Source: Bryobacterales bacterium
Lineage (GTDB): Bacteria > Acidobacteriota > Terriglobia > Bryobacterales > UBA6623
Direction of reading: 5' to 3'
Assembly (NCBI GenBank): GCA_963422375.2
Contig: OY729427.2
Span: 992,001 to 1,056,000, forward strand
DNA length: 64,000 nt
The position numbers and the translations under genes are program-made. The notes under the pieces are model-generated. The model was not told the DNA's origin and ran no database searches. It saw only the letters and a list, made by a program, of their open reading frames with translations. Each line of letters starts with the position of its first letter. Positions within the stretch are counted from its first letter, which is position 1. This document shows positions 11,848-22,754 of the stretch, one piece after another.

Positions 11848-12902
11848 CCTGATTACCCACAAGACTCAGCCAAGGTTAGGAGGGGGTAAGGCCTGGGCGG
11901 GGTGCGCACGGAGGCGTGGAGCAGGCGGGGGACCAGCGCCTCCAGGTCGTAGCGGCGGTTGAAGCGGTAGCGGAACTCGGCGAGGTAGCGCGGCAGGTGC
12001 TTGCCGTCGAGCGCATGGCAGGTTCCCGCCAGGGACTGCTTGACGTTCCCCAGCATCGTGTTGACCCGGACGTTGACCCGGACGAAGCGGGAATCCGCGC
12101 AGCTCCGCTGCCCGCCTCCGGTGACGGTCGGCACGTGCTCGCAGCCGGCGCCGGCCACGCCCCGCAAGCAGGCCGGGCCGTCGGAATGCACCTCCGTGCC
12201 GGGCTGCAAGTGCCGCCCGGCCCATGCTGCCGGCGTCTTCTTGCGGAAGCCCGCCACGCTGCTCAGGCGCATCCTTGCCGGCTGGCCGTCGGCGGTGACC
12301 TGCACGGCGGCCACGAACGGCGTCTTGCCCGCCGCGCCGCGACCGCGCTTGCCGCCGCTCCGCTCCCCGCCCCAGCAGGCCCCAGTAGGCGTCGTCCACT
12401 TGCACGATGCCGTGCAGCGGCACGCGCTCGTCGCGCTCCTTCAGCACTGGCAGGAGCTTGTGCTTCACCTTCCAGGCCGTGTTCCGGCTCACGCCCGGCT
12501 GCCGCGCCAGTTCCAGCGACGAAACGCCGTGCTGGCCCTGCGTCAGCAGGTGGATCGCCAGCAACCGGACGGTCAGCGGCAGCTGGGTGGCGGCGAAGAT
12601 CGTGCCGGCGACGAGGGAGCTCCGGCGGTGGCAGGCATGGCACTGCCAGAGCTTGCGGGAGCGGATGCGGCAGTGCCGGCGGGAGCCGCACTCCGGGCAG
12701 CGGAAGCCGTCCGGCCAGCGGGCGTTGAAGACGGCCTGCTCGCATGGCCCCTCGCTGCCGTAGCGCTGCAGGAACTTGCCCGAGCTGAGTCCCTTCTGGA
12801 ATTGCACGCGATTGCGTTTCATCTTCTATCCCCTTTCCTATCAGAGGTTTCCGACGTCCTTCAGTATAGCATATCCTCGGCTGACGTTCGTTGGTAATCA
12901 GG
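11848..12902 (-). mobile_element. IS1595-family IS (copy B); frameshifted transposase
   Basis: Ends CCTGATTACC / GGTAATCAGG; TSD TTAACCTA (11840-11847, 12903-12910). Confidence 0.95.
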
Positions 12903-13122
12903 TTAACCTATGCAGGCCTAGTAGTCAGATTCCTCATCACGAATGACAGAACGTTACTCATGTGAACGAGATATTGAGACTGCATAGCGGACCTGCCTCA
13001 CAGTCTCATCGTCGAGGGCTTTCCGTGCGATACGTAACTCGGGATAGCTAGTTCTGTCGCTATGCCTGATTGAGCTTAGGCGAGCCCCGGCTAGGCTCGA
13101 CAGAAGGCATAGGCGGGATCCA

Positions 13123-13923
13123 TCACGGCTGATGTGCCTCGTCCGAAACCTGTACTGTCATGCCGTTGAGGTCCTTGAAGTAGATGCGGTCTTCGCGCCG
13201 TCTAGTCCCAATCCCGTGCCGGCCCAGCTTCTCAGCGACGTCATCCGGGTCGTATCCCTCCACCGAGAAGCAGAAGTGGTCCACTGCCCCGCCCTTCGGT
13301 CGCTGGAACAGGGCCAGAAAGTTGGCGCCCAAGCCTAGAAAGGCGTTCGTCGAGCTACGCTCAATCACGTTCAAGCCCATCAGCCCTTGGTACCACTCGA
13401 TCGAGCGACTGACATCGCTGACCTGAAGCGCCACGTGGTTGACGTCGACAGCGCGAAGGATCGAGCCCAGATTCGGCGTCTCGCGGTATGCCGCGGCAAC
13501 CTCGTCCTCTCGGCGCATCGTCTCCGAGAGATGGTTCTGGATGCCATCAGGGTCGAGGCAGGCCCAAATGTTCGGAGCTCGCTCGAACGGCTCGTAGCCG
13601 TGCTGCTTCAGCACCGCTCCAGCCGAAGCTTCGTCCAGCCCTTCCACTGCCGGCGAGAAGTGGTTTAGCTCGGCTCGCTCGCCGCGGAACAGCGCCAAGT
13701 AGTTCCGCTTCAGGCCCAGCATCCTCCCGCGGTCGCCCATATCGCGGAATACGCGCATGCCGAGCACGTTTGCGTAGAACTCGCTCGCGCTCTCGACGTC
13801 CGGAACGGTGAGGGAGAGGTGGTTGATCGAGGTGGCGCGGAACAGCCCTGAGCTTGCGTGGGACCTGTGCGCGACCAGCGCGCCTCCGGCGACGGCCAGC
13901 CACTGTCTGCGGGTAGTCAGCAT
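13123..13923 (-). CDS. Two-domain VOC/glyoxalase family protein, Tat-like signal
   Basis: TRRQWL; two repeats INHLSLTVPDV / VNHVALQVSDV. Confidence 0.85.
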   Translation of the reverse strand: MLTTRRQWLAVAGGALVAHRSHASSGLFRATSINHLSLTVPDVESASEFYANVLGMRVFRDMGDRGRMLGLKRNYLALFRGERAELNHFSPAVEGLDEASAGAVLKQHGYEPFERAPNIWACLDPDGIQNHLSETMRREDEVAAAYRETPNLGSILRAVDVNHVALQVSDVSRSIEWYQGLMGLNVIERSSTNAFLGLGANFLALFQRPKGGAVDHFCFSVEGYDPDDVAEKLGRHGIGTRRREDRIYFKDLNGMTVQVSDEAHQP

Positions 13924-14025
13924 TGTTGTTCTCCGGTTCGCGAGATTCGCACCGTCCAGTCTACCCCCGAACGCCGTCGGCAGCACGGCGAAACCGGAAT
14001 CCGGGCGAATCCCGCACCCCAGGCC

Positions 14026-15075
14026 CAGCGATTCTAAATTTGGGGAATTTGGCGATGTCCAGAGAGTCTGAGAAGGGTATCGAAGGCGGTCTGGCGCAGA
14101 CAGGCACTTGACTTTTCCTAGCGGAATTTGTGAGCTAGGGTGTATGCCGCATGTCCTGGACTCGCTGCTGAGCGCCTTCCTCGAGACGGCCGCCGGCCTG
14201 CCCGACCGGCGCAGGGGTCGCAACACGCGCTACGAGGTCAGCGACGCCGCCGGTTGCGCCCTGGTGCGCCCCGGCCTGCTTCTTCACCCGGTGCGAGTCG
14301 TTCCTCGAGTCCCAGCGGCGCATGGAGCGGGACGGCTCCCGCTCCAACTGCCGGACCCTGTTCGGCGTGGGCCGCATCCCCTGCGACGACTATATCCGCA
14401 ACTTGGACTATATCCGCAACTTGCTCGACGGCCACGACCCGGCCGCGTTCGACCCGCCGTTCCGGCCGTGCCTCGAAACCGTGACTGGGCAGGGCGCGCT
14501 CGAGCCCTTCCAGCGCCTCGACGGGCGCCTGCCGGCGGCTCCGGACGGCGTCCAGTTCCACCGCTCCGACACGGTGCATTGCCCGCAGTGCTCGGTGCGG
14601 CGCGTCGGCAGCGAGCGCCGACGGCTGTACCTCCACACCATGGCCGTCGGCCACCGCGGTGGCCGACGGCCACGCCACCGTCCTGCCGCTGATGCCCGAG
14701 TTCGCGTGCCCGCAGCAGGACCCGGCCGCGAACCGCGCCGACCTCAGCGAGGGCGAGCGCAAGCGGGACTGCTAGCGCAACGCCGCCAAGCGCTGGATCG
14801 CCACTCACGGTGCCTGGCTGCAGCCCTGCCGCCCCGTCCTGCCGGGCGACGACCTGTACTGCAGCCAGCCGGTCCGCGAGGCCGGATCTCACAAGCGCTT
14901 GTACAAGGTGCTGGAGAGCCGGCGGGCGAGCGGCGCAGTGCGATCGACCGGCTGGCTGCCGCGGCCCGGGCCGGGCAAGCGGTCCCAGGGGCACCGTTTC
15001 CGCTGGACGGACGCGGTGCCCCTGCGCAAGGGCCGCGACGCACTGCAGCGGGGCTGCGACTCGCGCAGCGCCAGC
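14026..15075 (+). mobile_element. ISNCY-like transposase remnant; left end present, right end missing
   Basis: Left end CAGCGATTCTAAA shared with the 22755-24688 element; LPDRRRGRNTRYEVSDA, GDDLYCSQP, SHKRLY; several frameshifts and deletions; 3' boundary approximate. Confidence 0.7.
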
Positions 15076-15118
15076 ATAGTATCTGGACTATCGACAATGC
15101 GGGTGGGGTTGAGTCGGA

Positions 15119-15560
15119 TTAGCGGGGAAGCTTCCTGCCCACTACGGTCGCAACGAGAATCGCAAGGGACGTTACGATCGTCGAAGCCACTTCTCCATGC
15201 CAGTCAGCAGCGAGGAAGTATGCAGCAGCTAATCCCGCAATCGCTACCACACCGCCAACGAATAGACCACGCTTCGAGGCTTCGTCGGATCGGGCCACTC
15301 GGTCCATCGCGAACTTGAACCTTCGTTCGTCTAGAAGCGCTTCATGGTCGCAGATAGTCCGCACAAAGTCGGCTACTTGCTGCGGTTCCAGCCGATCGAG
15401 AAGGTTGGGAGGCAGTTGTTGGACGTTGATCTGGGTATAATGCCCGCCCGGTTCGGACCAAATCCGGCCTAGGAAGATCAGAACCCTCTGGTGGAGGGCC
15501 TGCCGCGCTGTCCGCTCCCTCCGAAGCAGGCCCCAGTGCCTTGCGGTTGTCGTCAGACAT
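15119..15560 (-). pseudogene. DUF2335-like two-TM membrane protein, apparently frameshifted near 15450
   Basis: N-terminal ORF 15342-15560 and C-terminal ORF with two hydrophobic helices (GLFVGGVVAIAGLAAAYFL; TIVTSLAILVATVV) in different frames. Confidence 0.5.
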
Positions 15561-15879
15561 ACTCGGAAGACTCGACCGTACGCCGCCCCAAGGTGAAAGG
15601 CAGCATCTTGCTCAACGCGTCCTTGGGCCCGCTCGTCGGCTGCACGTCAAGGAAGTACGCATCGCTGGTAGTGCTGATACGGGTCAGCCAGTGCGGGTGC
15701 TGCTCTACGATCTTGCCCTTGTACCTCCGCAGCCACCCTAGCATTTCCAAGCGGACGTGAGACGACGCGTGCGATGAGAACGCAACATGCACTCTCCATC
15801 CTCCGTGGTGCGGAAAAATCTTGCAGTGGTACACGGGTGGATCTACCGCTTGATCATAGTCGGGAAACGGCTGACTCAT
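15553..15879 (-). CDS. Hypothetical protein (108 aa)
   Basis: MSQPFPDYD start; protein-like composition; overlaps the downstream start codon. Confidence 0.55.
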   Translation of the reverse strand: MSQPFPDYDQAVDPPVYHCKIFPHHGGWRVHVAFSSHASSHVRLEMLGWLRRYKGKIVEQHPHWLTRISTTSDAYFLDVQPTSGPKDALSKMLPFTLGRRTVESSEYV

Positions 15880-16390
15880 CGCTTCACTCCCCGTCGTGCC
15901 CGCCAGCGACGCCCAGTAGGCGCACGGGAAAACGGATTTCCAGTATACGCCATATCGGCAGAGTTGATAACGAGGACCTGAGGCGGACCGAAGGCGCTGT
16001 CGTCTCCGATAGCCCCTAGCGCGCGCAAGCAACTCGGTCCCGTCGCTAACGGAGGCCAACCGATCCGCAGGCAGCGGCGAGCGTACCGGGACAGCAACCG
16101 GAACCGCGTATGACGGGCCTTCCGGCCCGAGGCTTCGGTTGCGCTCCACTCGCCGAATGAGATTCCGTTCGACGCAATTCCGTCGAGGCGCGATGCGGTC
16201 CACAAGGTAATCCCGGTAACCGGCCTCGCCGCGAGAGTCGGCGGGCGTCACCAGTCGAGAAGCAAGATCGGCGAGTAGCGCCCGAGCGGACCTAGGCGTG
16301 AATGGCGCACCACCCTGTGAGCGGGTCTCGTTCCAAGGCGCTCCGCGAGGCCGGTCCCGTGCGGCGCATGTTTCGTAAGATCAACGGAGC

Positions 16391-17722
16391 GTGCCGCGAC
16401 CAGCCCACCTTCTCGCGATCCTAGCCGTCGCAATGCCACTGGCAGGGCAGCCCAGGCCGAACTTCGTCGTGATCCTTAGCGACGACCAGAGCTGGGTCGG
16501 ATCCTCGGTCCAGATGGACCGCGCCGACCCGCGGTCGGGAAGCGACTACTTCCGCACGCCGAGCTTGGAGCGGCTGGCTCGGAGCGGCATGACCTTCACC
16601 GACGGATACGCGCCCGCGCCGTTCTGCTGCCCGACCCGTCGCAGCCTGCAGGTCGCCCAGACGCCTGCGCGTCACCTCTACCAGCGGGACCAGCAGTCAT
16701 GGCCGGGCCGCTACCGCGAGCAGCTCAACATACCGCGGATGCTGAAGCACTCCGACCCGCGGTACAAGGTCGCGCACTTCGGCAAGTGGGACCACCGCTT
16801 CGACAGCCCGAGTCCGGAAGAGATGGGCTACGACGAGAGCGACGGATACACAGGCAACGGAACAGGCGGAGGCAAGGGCTCGGGCGGCCCGGCCGCGTCG
16901 GGAGACCCGAAGCTGATCGACCACATCACCTCGCGGGCTTGCCAGTTCCTGGAGGCCCAAGCTCGCGCACGTAACCCGTTCTACCTGCAGGTTTCGCACT
17001 ACGCCGTCCATCTCGACATCTATTACCGAAAGGCAACGCTCGACCTAGTGAAGCCGTGGACCACGGGCCGGAAGCACTACATGCCCGAGTTCGCCGCGAT
17101 GACCCGGGACATGGACGACTCCGTGGGCCGGGTGCTCGACAAGATCGCCGAATTGGGCCTGAGCGACTCGACCTACGTGATTTTCCTGTCGGACAACGGC
17201 GGTCGCGGCACGATTCCGGGTGCCGGCGAGCCCCCCATCCCGCGCAACCACCCTCTGCGTGGCGCGAAGGGCTCCATGTACGAAGGCGGCATCCGCGTGC
17301 CGTTTCTGGCTTCAGGACCCGGCATCGAGCCGAGGAGCGTCACGCGAACGCCCGTCACAGGCTTGGACATCCTGCCGACGCTGGCAGATCTGTCGGGGTA
17401 CGGTAAGGACCTTCCCGCGACAACGGACGGCGGCAGCCTAGCACCCCTATTCCGCGGGGAAGCGACAGAGGTCGACCGCCTCCGCGATTTCCTCGTCTTC
17501 CACCAAGCCGTAGGGCGACGCGCCCAGTCGGCGATCCGACTCGGGAACTGGAAGCTGGTCAAGACCTGGCAGCAGGACGAGACCGAATTGTTCGACTTGT
17601 CGGCAGACATCGGCGAGTCCAGAGATCTAGCGGACGAGAAGCCCCAACAGGCCAAGCGCCTCCATGCGCTGCTGTCCGGCTTCCTAGCCGAAGTCGGGGC
17701 CGAGACCCGAAAGACGGACTAG
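16391..17722 (+). CDS. Sulfatase
   Basis: PNFVVILSDD, CCPTR (CxPxR), GKWD, SDNGG, KGSMYEGGIRVP. Confidence 0.95.
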   Translation: MPRPAHLLAILAVAMPLAGQPRPNFVVILSDDQSWVGSSVQMDRADPRSGSDYFRTPSLERLARSGMTFTDGYAPAPFCCPTRRSLQVAQTPARHLYQRDQQSWPGRYREQLNIPRMLKHSDPRYKVAHFGKWDHRFDSPSPEEMGYDESDGYTGNGTGGGKGSGGPAASGDPKLIDHITSRACQFLEAQARARNPFYLQVSHYAVHLDIYYRKATLDLVKPWTTGRKHYMPEFAAMTRDMDDSVGRVLDKIAELGLSDSTYVIFLSDNGGRGTIPGAGEPPIPRNHPLRGAKGSMYEGGIRVPFLASGPGIEPRSVTRTPVTGLDILPTLADLSGYGKDLPATTDGGSLAPLFRGEATEVDRLRDFLVFHQAVGRRAQSAIRLGNWKLVKTWQQDETELFDLSADIGESRDLADEKPQQAKRLHALLSGFLAEVGAETRKTD

Positions 17723-17758
17723 GCCGGGGCTAGCGACCGCTGTCAAGGCCGACCGATC

Positions 17759-17848
17759 TGGCGGTGAGGGTGGGATTCGAACCCACGGAGCCCGCGAAGG
17801 CTCAACGGTTTTCGAGACCGCCCGATTCAACCACTCTCGCACCTCACC
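17759..17848 (-). tRNA. tRNA-Ser (anticodon CGA)
   Basis: GGTGAGG acceptor stem, anticodon arm GCGGT-CTCGAAA-ACCGT, long variable arm, GGTTCGAATCC, encoded CCA. Confidence 0.97.
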
Positions 17849-18256
17849 GCAAGAGCGCTGGCTCCAGTATACAGGGCACCCGATCTAGACCGCCTGGCAA
17901 GGCATCTTCCTCCCCAGCCCAGAACCGATTCGTCTGCGGTCCGGGCACCCCGACGGGCCCCTGCAGATCCTTCCCGCGTCGCCACTAGCGAACCTGAACC
18001 TGTCCACAACCCGATTGAAGCTTTCGCCGAGAGCGAACAGTCGGCAGACGGGAACCAGAGACTCAACACGCCCAATACTAGGCGTCGACAAGGCCGCGTA
18101 TGTCGCGAAGGACCGCAGTAGGGAAGCTGTTGGCCAACTTCGCCTGTTTCGATGGGGTGAACTTGCTGGATTCGGAGCGGGCGGCGGGGACCGCACGAGG
18201 ACTCCTATCGGCATCATGCTCGGAGACCCAACCCTGATCTCGGTCGGATCGGCAGA

Positions 18257-19147
18257 CTACCAGAACTCACGGCAGTGCCTGTGGACACGTTCGCCGTGCC
18301 GACGAAGTTCCTGCATGCGCGCAGCGCCAGGCGCGCCGTCTTTATCGAGCGCGTGCAGGTCCTCCTCGAGTTCGGCTCGTCCGTTGGGTGCCGCGAGCAC
18401 GACCGCAATTGCCTCTTGCGCCAGGCAGAAGTGGTAGCACTCTGCTGCGCTGGGCGGCCGGAATCCCGGCGGGTCGTCCGGCGTGGCCCGCAGCAGGTCG
18501 CGCCACCGCAGGGCCGTGAACGTCACCACGGGCATGCCCAGCGCGGTTGTCACCGGGAACACCTCTTTCTCCGCTCCGGTGTGGGCCGCGTTGTAGCGGA
18601 TCATCAGCAGGTCGAGCAGGAGTCTTCCGTCCGGCCCGCGCTCTTGCGCCCACTTGGCGGCTAGAGTGCGCTGGTGGCTGGTCAGGCCGATCTTGCCAAG
18701 CTGGCCCGCGCGACGGCGCTTCGCCAGCGACTCCCAAGCTCCGCCGGGGCCGGTCAGGCGACGCCATTCCTCGTCCGACTCCACGTAGTACAGCGTGCCA
18801 ACCTCCAAGCGCGCGCTCCCGGTTTCCTCCAGAATCCAGTCCATCTCGCGCTCGGCCTCGGAGGCGGTGCGAGCCTTGATCTGCGCCGCTAGAACAATCT
18901 CGCGCCGCAGGCTGCCGACCTCGCGCATGGCGCGAGACAGCCCGTCGGGCCGCCTGCACCAGTTGAAGTACCGCACGCCCCGTTCAAGGGCATAGTGAAC
19001 GTCGTCCGCCTCCAGGACGGTGTTGCCCCGCGTGGCCACGCCCAATCGCGGGATCGGGGGAAGACCGTCTCCCAGCCGAGCGGTAGCCCTCCGCCCGGAC
19101 TCGCCGCCCGAGGGGGCGCTATCGCCGAGCCGGTCGTCTCCGCGCAT
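18257..19147 (-). CDS. Aldo/keto reductase family protein
   Basis: RLG..T, GVRYFNW, IGLTSHQR, MIRYNAAH. Confidence 0.8.
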   Translation of the reverse strand: MRGDDRLGDSAPSGGESGRRATARLGDGLPPIPRLGVATRGNTVLEADDVHYALERGVRYFNWCRRPDGLSRAMREVGSLRREIVLAAQIKARTASEAEREMDWILEETGSARLEVGTLYYVESDEEWRRLTGPGGAWESLAKRRRAGQLGKIGLTSHQRTLAAKWAQERGPDGRLLLDLLMIRYNAAHTGAEKEVFPVTTALGMPVVTFTALRWRDLLRATPDDPPGFRPPSAAECYHFCLAQEAIAVVLAAPNGRAELEEDLHALDKDGAPGAARMQELRRHGERVHRHCREFW

Positions 19148-19160
19148 TCAGAAGGCGGCG

Positions 19161-21848
19161 TCAGAACGTGAATCGCAAGGTGAACCGGTAGGTTCGACCG
19201 TCATTGAGCGTGTTGGTAATCCGTCCGAAGTTCCCCTGCGCCAAGCTCGAGCCCGGTTCCTCGAACTGGGGGTGGTTCGTGAAGTTCAGGGACTCGGCGC
19301 GGAACAGCAGCGTGTTGTCGCCCAGCGCCCAAGACTTCGACAGCGCCGCGTTGATGTTGGCGATGCCGTCCCTGCGGAACGTGTTCCGACCAAGGTTGCC
19401 GCGCCGGTCCGTCGGCGCGATGAACGAGAACGCGCTGGGAGGCAGCCGCTGGGAAGAGGTGTCGGGGTCGTCGATCGAGCGCCCGAGGATCGAAACGTCC
19501 CCGAGGAGCGGAGTGTCGCTTTGCGATCCGTCCACGTTGCCGAAGCCGGGCGCGTCAGAACCGGCGAGCACGGAAAACGGGGTCCCCGACTTGAGCAGCA
19601 CTACCGAACTGAGCTGCCACGCTCCGATCAGATTTCGCAGCAAGCCCGGACGGCCCGCGAGAGTGGGCGTCTGGTAGCTGAAGTTGAATAGCCCGGCGTG
19701 CGGCTGGTCGAAGTTGCTGACTCCACGCAGTTCACCATGCACGTCGAACTCCGAGGGACTCTCGGTTTGCAGGCGATTCGCGTTGGCCGCTGTGTTGAGG
19801 TAGCTGCCGCCTAGGTCGATCGACTTGCTCCACCAGTACGATGCCTCCAGACTCAGCCCGGCCCACTGCGGAATCCTCAGCGTGGCCCGGCCTGCATCAA
19901 AGAAGCCGCGGGAGCCGTTCGTGACGTGCAGGAAGTTGAAGTAGCGTTGGTCGGGGCGGCGCCGGTTCACTGTCCGCGTTGTCTGCGGAATGCCCTCGAC
20001 AACTCGCGCGCGATTTAGGAAGAACATCGACAGAAGCCTGTGGGACCGGCTGCCGACGTAGGCCAGGTCCAGCTTCCAGTCCCTTGCGAGCTCGAACTCC
20101 CAGCTGAGATTGTAGTTGTGCGTGTACGGAAGGGTCAGGTCGGCCGCGACGTCGAAGGTCACCGACCTAGCGTCGGGATCGAACGAGATGGGACGAACTT
20201 CCTTGAGCGGATCGACCAAGTCCGGTGTCTGCACGACGACGGTGATGTTCTGCGGTGGGTTGATGCGCGACTGAATATAGGTCGCAGTGAAGATCTCGCC
20301 GTAGTGGACACCGTAGGCGCCGCGCATGGCCCCCAAGCGGCCCGGCATGCGATAAGCGAACCCGAAGCGAGGCGCGAAGTTGTTCAAGTCGGACGAGTAG
20401 GGGATTCTCGTGAGGTCGTTGACCTCGGTCGGCTTGGCGACAGGCTCCCAGCGCATGCCGAGGCTCAGGGTGAGATCTCCGGTCGCCTTCCACTCGTCCC
20501 CTACGTAGATCTGCGACATCCAGCGTCGGAAGCCGCGATGGACGCTCCCGATCGCGACCGAGTAGTTGCTGGCCAAACCCATGCGCAAGTTAGTGACGCC
20601 GTCACGGCCGAAATTCTGGCGAAACATGAACCGGCCGCGGTGGTCCTGCAGCTCGCGGCCGTTGATCTGGCCGCGGTGCAGGTCGCCCCCGAAGGTGATG
20701 TTGTGGTTGCCTCGACGGTAGCGCAAGCGCGCGCCGTAGCGGAAGTTGTTGCCGGCCCGGTCAACTGGAAACCGCCCCGGCGGCCCGATCGAATCGAGCT
20801 CCCGCCCGATCCGGATCCACGGCCCGATGGAGGTCTCGTCGGGAATCAGCATGGAGCCCACCCGGTCGAATCCGGCAGTGAAGTCGGCCGTCAGCTCGGG
20901 CGTCCAGCTGCGGTTCCACGTGATGCGCGACTGGTGATTGCGGGTAGTGGTGTTGGGATTCTGACCACCCACGAGCTGGAAGGCGTCGACGTTCTGCAGC
21001 ACCAAGCCGTAGCGCATGGTCAGCCGGGCGTCGCTCCCGGTCCGCTGGTCCAGAGTCGCGGACAGCCGGTCGTTGGCGATATCCTGGGGCGCGTTCGTGT
21101 TCAGGGCCCGCGGATTGACGTCTGTGCGGTTCGGCGCGGCGACCGGATACGCGTCCATGATGCGCTGAACGAAGGCTCGCGTGGCCGGGTCGTCGGTCAG
21201 CGGCTCGCGCTCGTCAAGCGCGGGAACGAGCACGTTTCCGTTGACCTGCCCCTTGTTGCGGGTCTGGCTGCCGTCGAACGTCAGCGTGCCACCCTTCCAA
21301 GCGGGCATGCCGAGAGTCATGCCGTAGTTGTTGCTACGAGCGGGCTGCACCGCCCCAACTTGGAAGAACGACCTAGCACTCACCGCACTGTTGGTGTGGG
21401 TCCAGAAGACATTCCCGTTGACGCGCGCGGCGCTCGCCGACGGGGCGTGGATCGGCCGAGACGGCGGGCCGCCGTACTCCGTCGCCCAATACGAGCGGTC
21501 GATCTGGAAGCTCTTGACCGCAGTGGCCGAAATACCGAGGCGTTCGTTGAGCTCGCGCAGCACGTTGTTGTCGATGAGTGTCAGGCGCACGTTCTCGTTG
21601 CGCCGACCCTCGCCCTGCTCGGAGTTCACCTCTCCGAGCAGGTTCAGGCGGGTCCTGTCGGCCGACTGGCCGTCCGAAGCGGTCGACTCCGACGCGTCGG
21701 AGGTGTCGGATGCCTCCGTGGCGGTTGCAGGCTCCGACGCGGAGGCTTCCGAAGCGCCGCCGTCGGCAGCAGTCTGCGGCCATCCCCGCACTGGAGCCCC
21801 AATTGCGATTAGGGCGGCAAGAACCGACGGAACTGCACGAATGCTCAC
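19161..21848 (-). CDS. TonB-dependent receptor-like beta-barrel protein
   Basis: Signal peptide, ARSFF, LTLSLGMRWE, NNFAPRFGFAY, GNLGRNTF, terminal LRFTF. Confidence 0.9.
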   Translation of the reverse strand: MSIRAVPSVLAALIAIGAPVRGWPQTAADGGASEASASEPATATEASDTSDASESTASDGQSADRTRLNLLGEVNSEQGEGRRNENVRLTLIDNNVLRELNERLGISATAVKSFQIDRSYWATEYGGPPSRPIHAPSASAARVNGNVFWTHTNSAVSARSFFQVGAVQPARSNNYGMTLGMPAWKGGTLTFDGSQTRNKGQVNGNVLVPALDEREPLTDDPATRAFVQRIMDAYPVAAPNRTDVNPRALNTNAPQDIANDRLSATLDQRTGSDARLTMRYGLVLQNVDAFQLVGGQNPNTTTRNHQSRITWNRSWTPELTADFTAGFDRVGSMLIPDETSIGPWIRIGRELDSIGPPGRFPVDRAGNNFRYGARLRYRRGNHNITFGGDLHRGQINGRELQDHRGRFMFRQNFGRDGVTNLRMGLASNYSVAIGSVHRGFRRWMSQIYVGDEWKATGDLTLSLGMRWEPVAKPTEVNDLTRIPYSSDLNNFAPRFGFAYRMPGRLGAMRGAYGVHYGEIFTATYIQSRINPPQNITVVVQTPDLVDPLKEVRPISFDPDARSVTFDVAADLTLPYTHNYNLSWEFELARDWKLDLAYVGSRSHRLLSMFFLNRARVVEGIPQTTRTVNRRRPDQRYFNFLHVTNGSRGFFDAGRATLRIPQWAGLSLEASYWWSKSIDLGGSYLNTAANANRLQTESPSEFDVHGELRGVSNFDQPHAGLFNFSYQTPTLAGRPGLLRNLIGAWQLSSVVLLKSGTPFSVLAGSDAPGFGNVDGSQSDTPLLGDVSILGRSIDDPDTSSQRLPPSAFSFIAPTDRRGNLGRNTFRRDGIANINAALSKSWALGDNTLLFRAESLNFTNHPQFEEPGSSLAQGNFGRITNTLNDGRTYRFTLRFTF

Positions 21849-22754
21849 AGTACCTCCACAGAACCTCCACAGACGATTGCGTCGAACGCAGAAAAGGGGT
21901 GCCCCGGCTACGTCTATCTGGCGCTGATCATAGCCGAGGCGTTACCGAGGACCCGCCTACGGACGCAGGCGCATTCGGGTCTCAGCTAGCCAGCACGCAC
22001 TCGGTTAAGCCGGCACGCACTTGATTCTTGGACATCGCCCACCATACCGGGGCAATTGTACGCCCTCCTAGGTTGGGGGTTGTGTGCGCTGGGAGTCCCA
22101 ATCGGCCGAGAGCACGCCCCCGGGTCCACCGACGGCGTTTTTCTGTACCCCTGCGTCAGGCTTGACTCGCGAGCCACACTCGATTGTCCTGCCGACCGCG
22201 ACTGGACCGAGCATACAGATTGCCGAAGGGACCGAATTGCCTCGTCGCATGGCGGGGAGGCCGTCGGAAGGCCGGGCGTAGCCTGTCGGCAGGGAATGGA
22301 CCCAGAGCCCCGCTGCCCAAGACGTAAGTCATTTCCCTGCAATGATTTAATGACTCGCCCAGTACAAGGAGACGGCATTGCACGAACAGCCCACCGATGC
22401 GATGGCCACCCTTGCGCACAGGGCAGGCGGACGGCCCCGCAACTCAAACTGAATCGGAGCGAGCCCGTGCATGGGGCCGTACGGGTACCACGGGAGGAGT
22501 TCCATCGGCATCGCCATCGTCACCTTCCCGCACGGCGAGCACAAGGACGACCGCACACAGTGGCAGCTTTCAGCTTGGCACGGCCTCGATGCCGAACTCG
22601 TACTACATCTACGTATTTGACGGCGACTTCGGGACGCTCTTCGTCAAGTTCCGCTCGTACTTCTCGTACTGCGCCAAGCTGTGCCTTAGCGGCCACGTGT
22701 ACCTCCCACAGGCAGCACCTCGACTGCTGCCGTCTGCCCTAGCCTCCCTCAAGC

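Larger units (their letters stand above)
9046..12965 (+). pseudogene. AlbA_2 (Schlafen-like) - HATPase_c_4 - wHTH protein interrupted by two IS1595 copies
   Basis: EWNDVGFKKA..AYETVSAFSHTPGGHLGFGV; EAVINLLIHQDY; EQAGTG; C-terminal YPDKPTHPNQAYVLT|YAG; frameshifts and two IS with 8-bp TSDs. Confidence 0.8.

Noticed and set aside
9568..12902. Composite transposon formed by two IS1595 copies
   Set aside because: Each copy has its own distinct 8-bp TSD and the enclosed DNA is continuous with the flanking gene
17759..17848. tRNA-Ser as an integration site
   Set aside because: No integrase and no duplicated tRNA 3' end found in the window
22010..22026. Sigma-54 promoter-like CGGCACGCACTTGA
   Set aside because: Spacing is one base short and the -12 GC is absent
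22324..22348. Imperfect palindrome TAAGTCATT-N7-AATGATTTA
   Set aside because: Single degenerate copy; no function can be assigned
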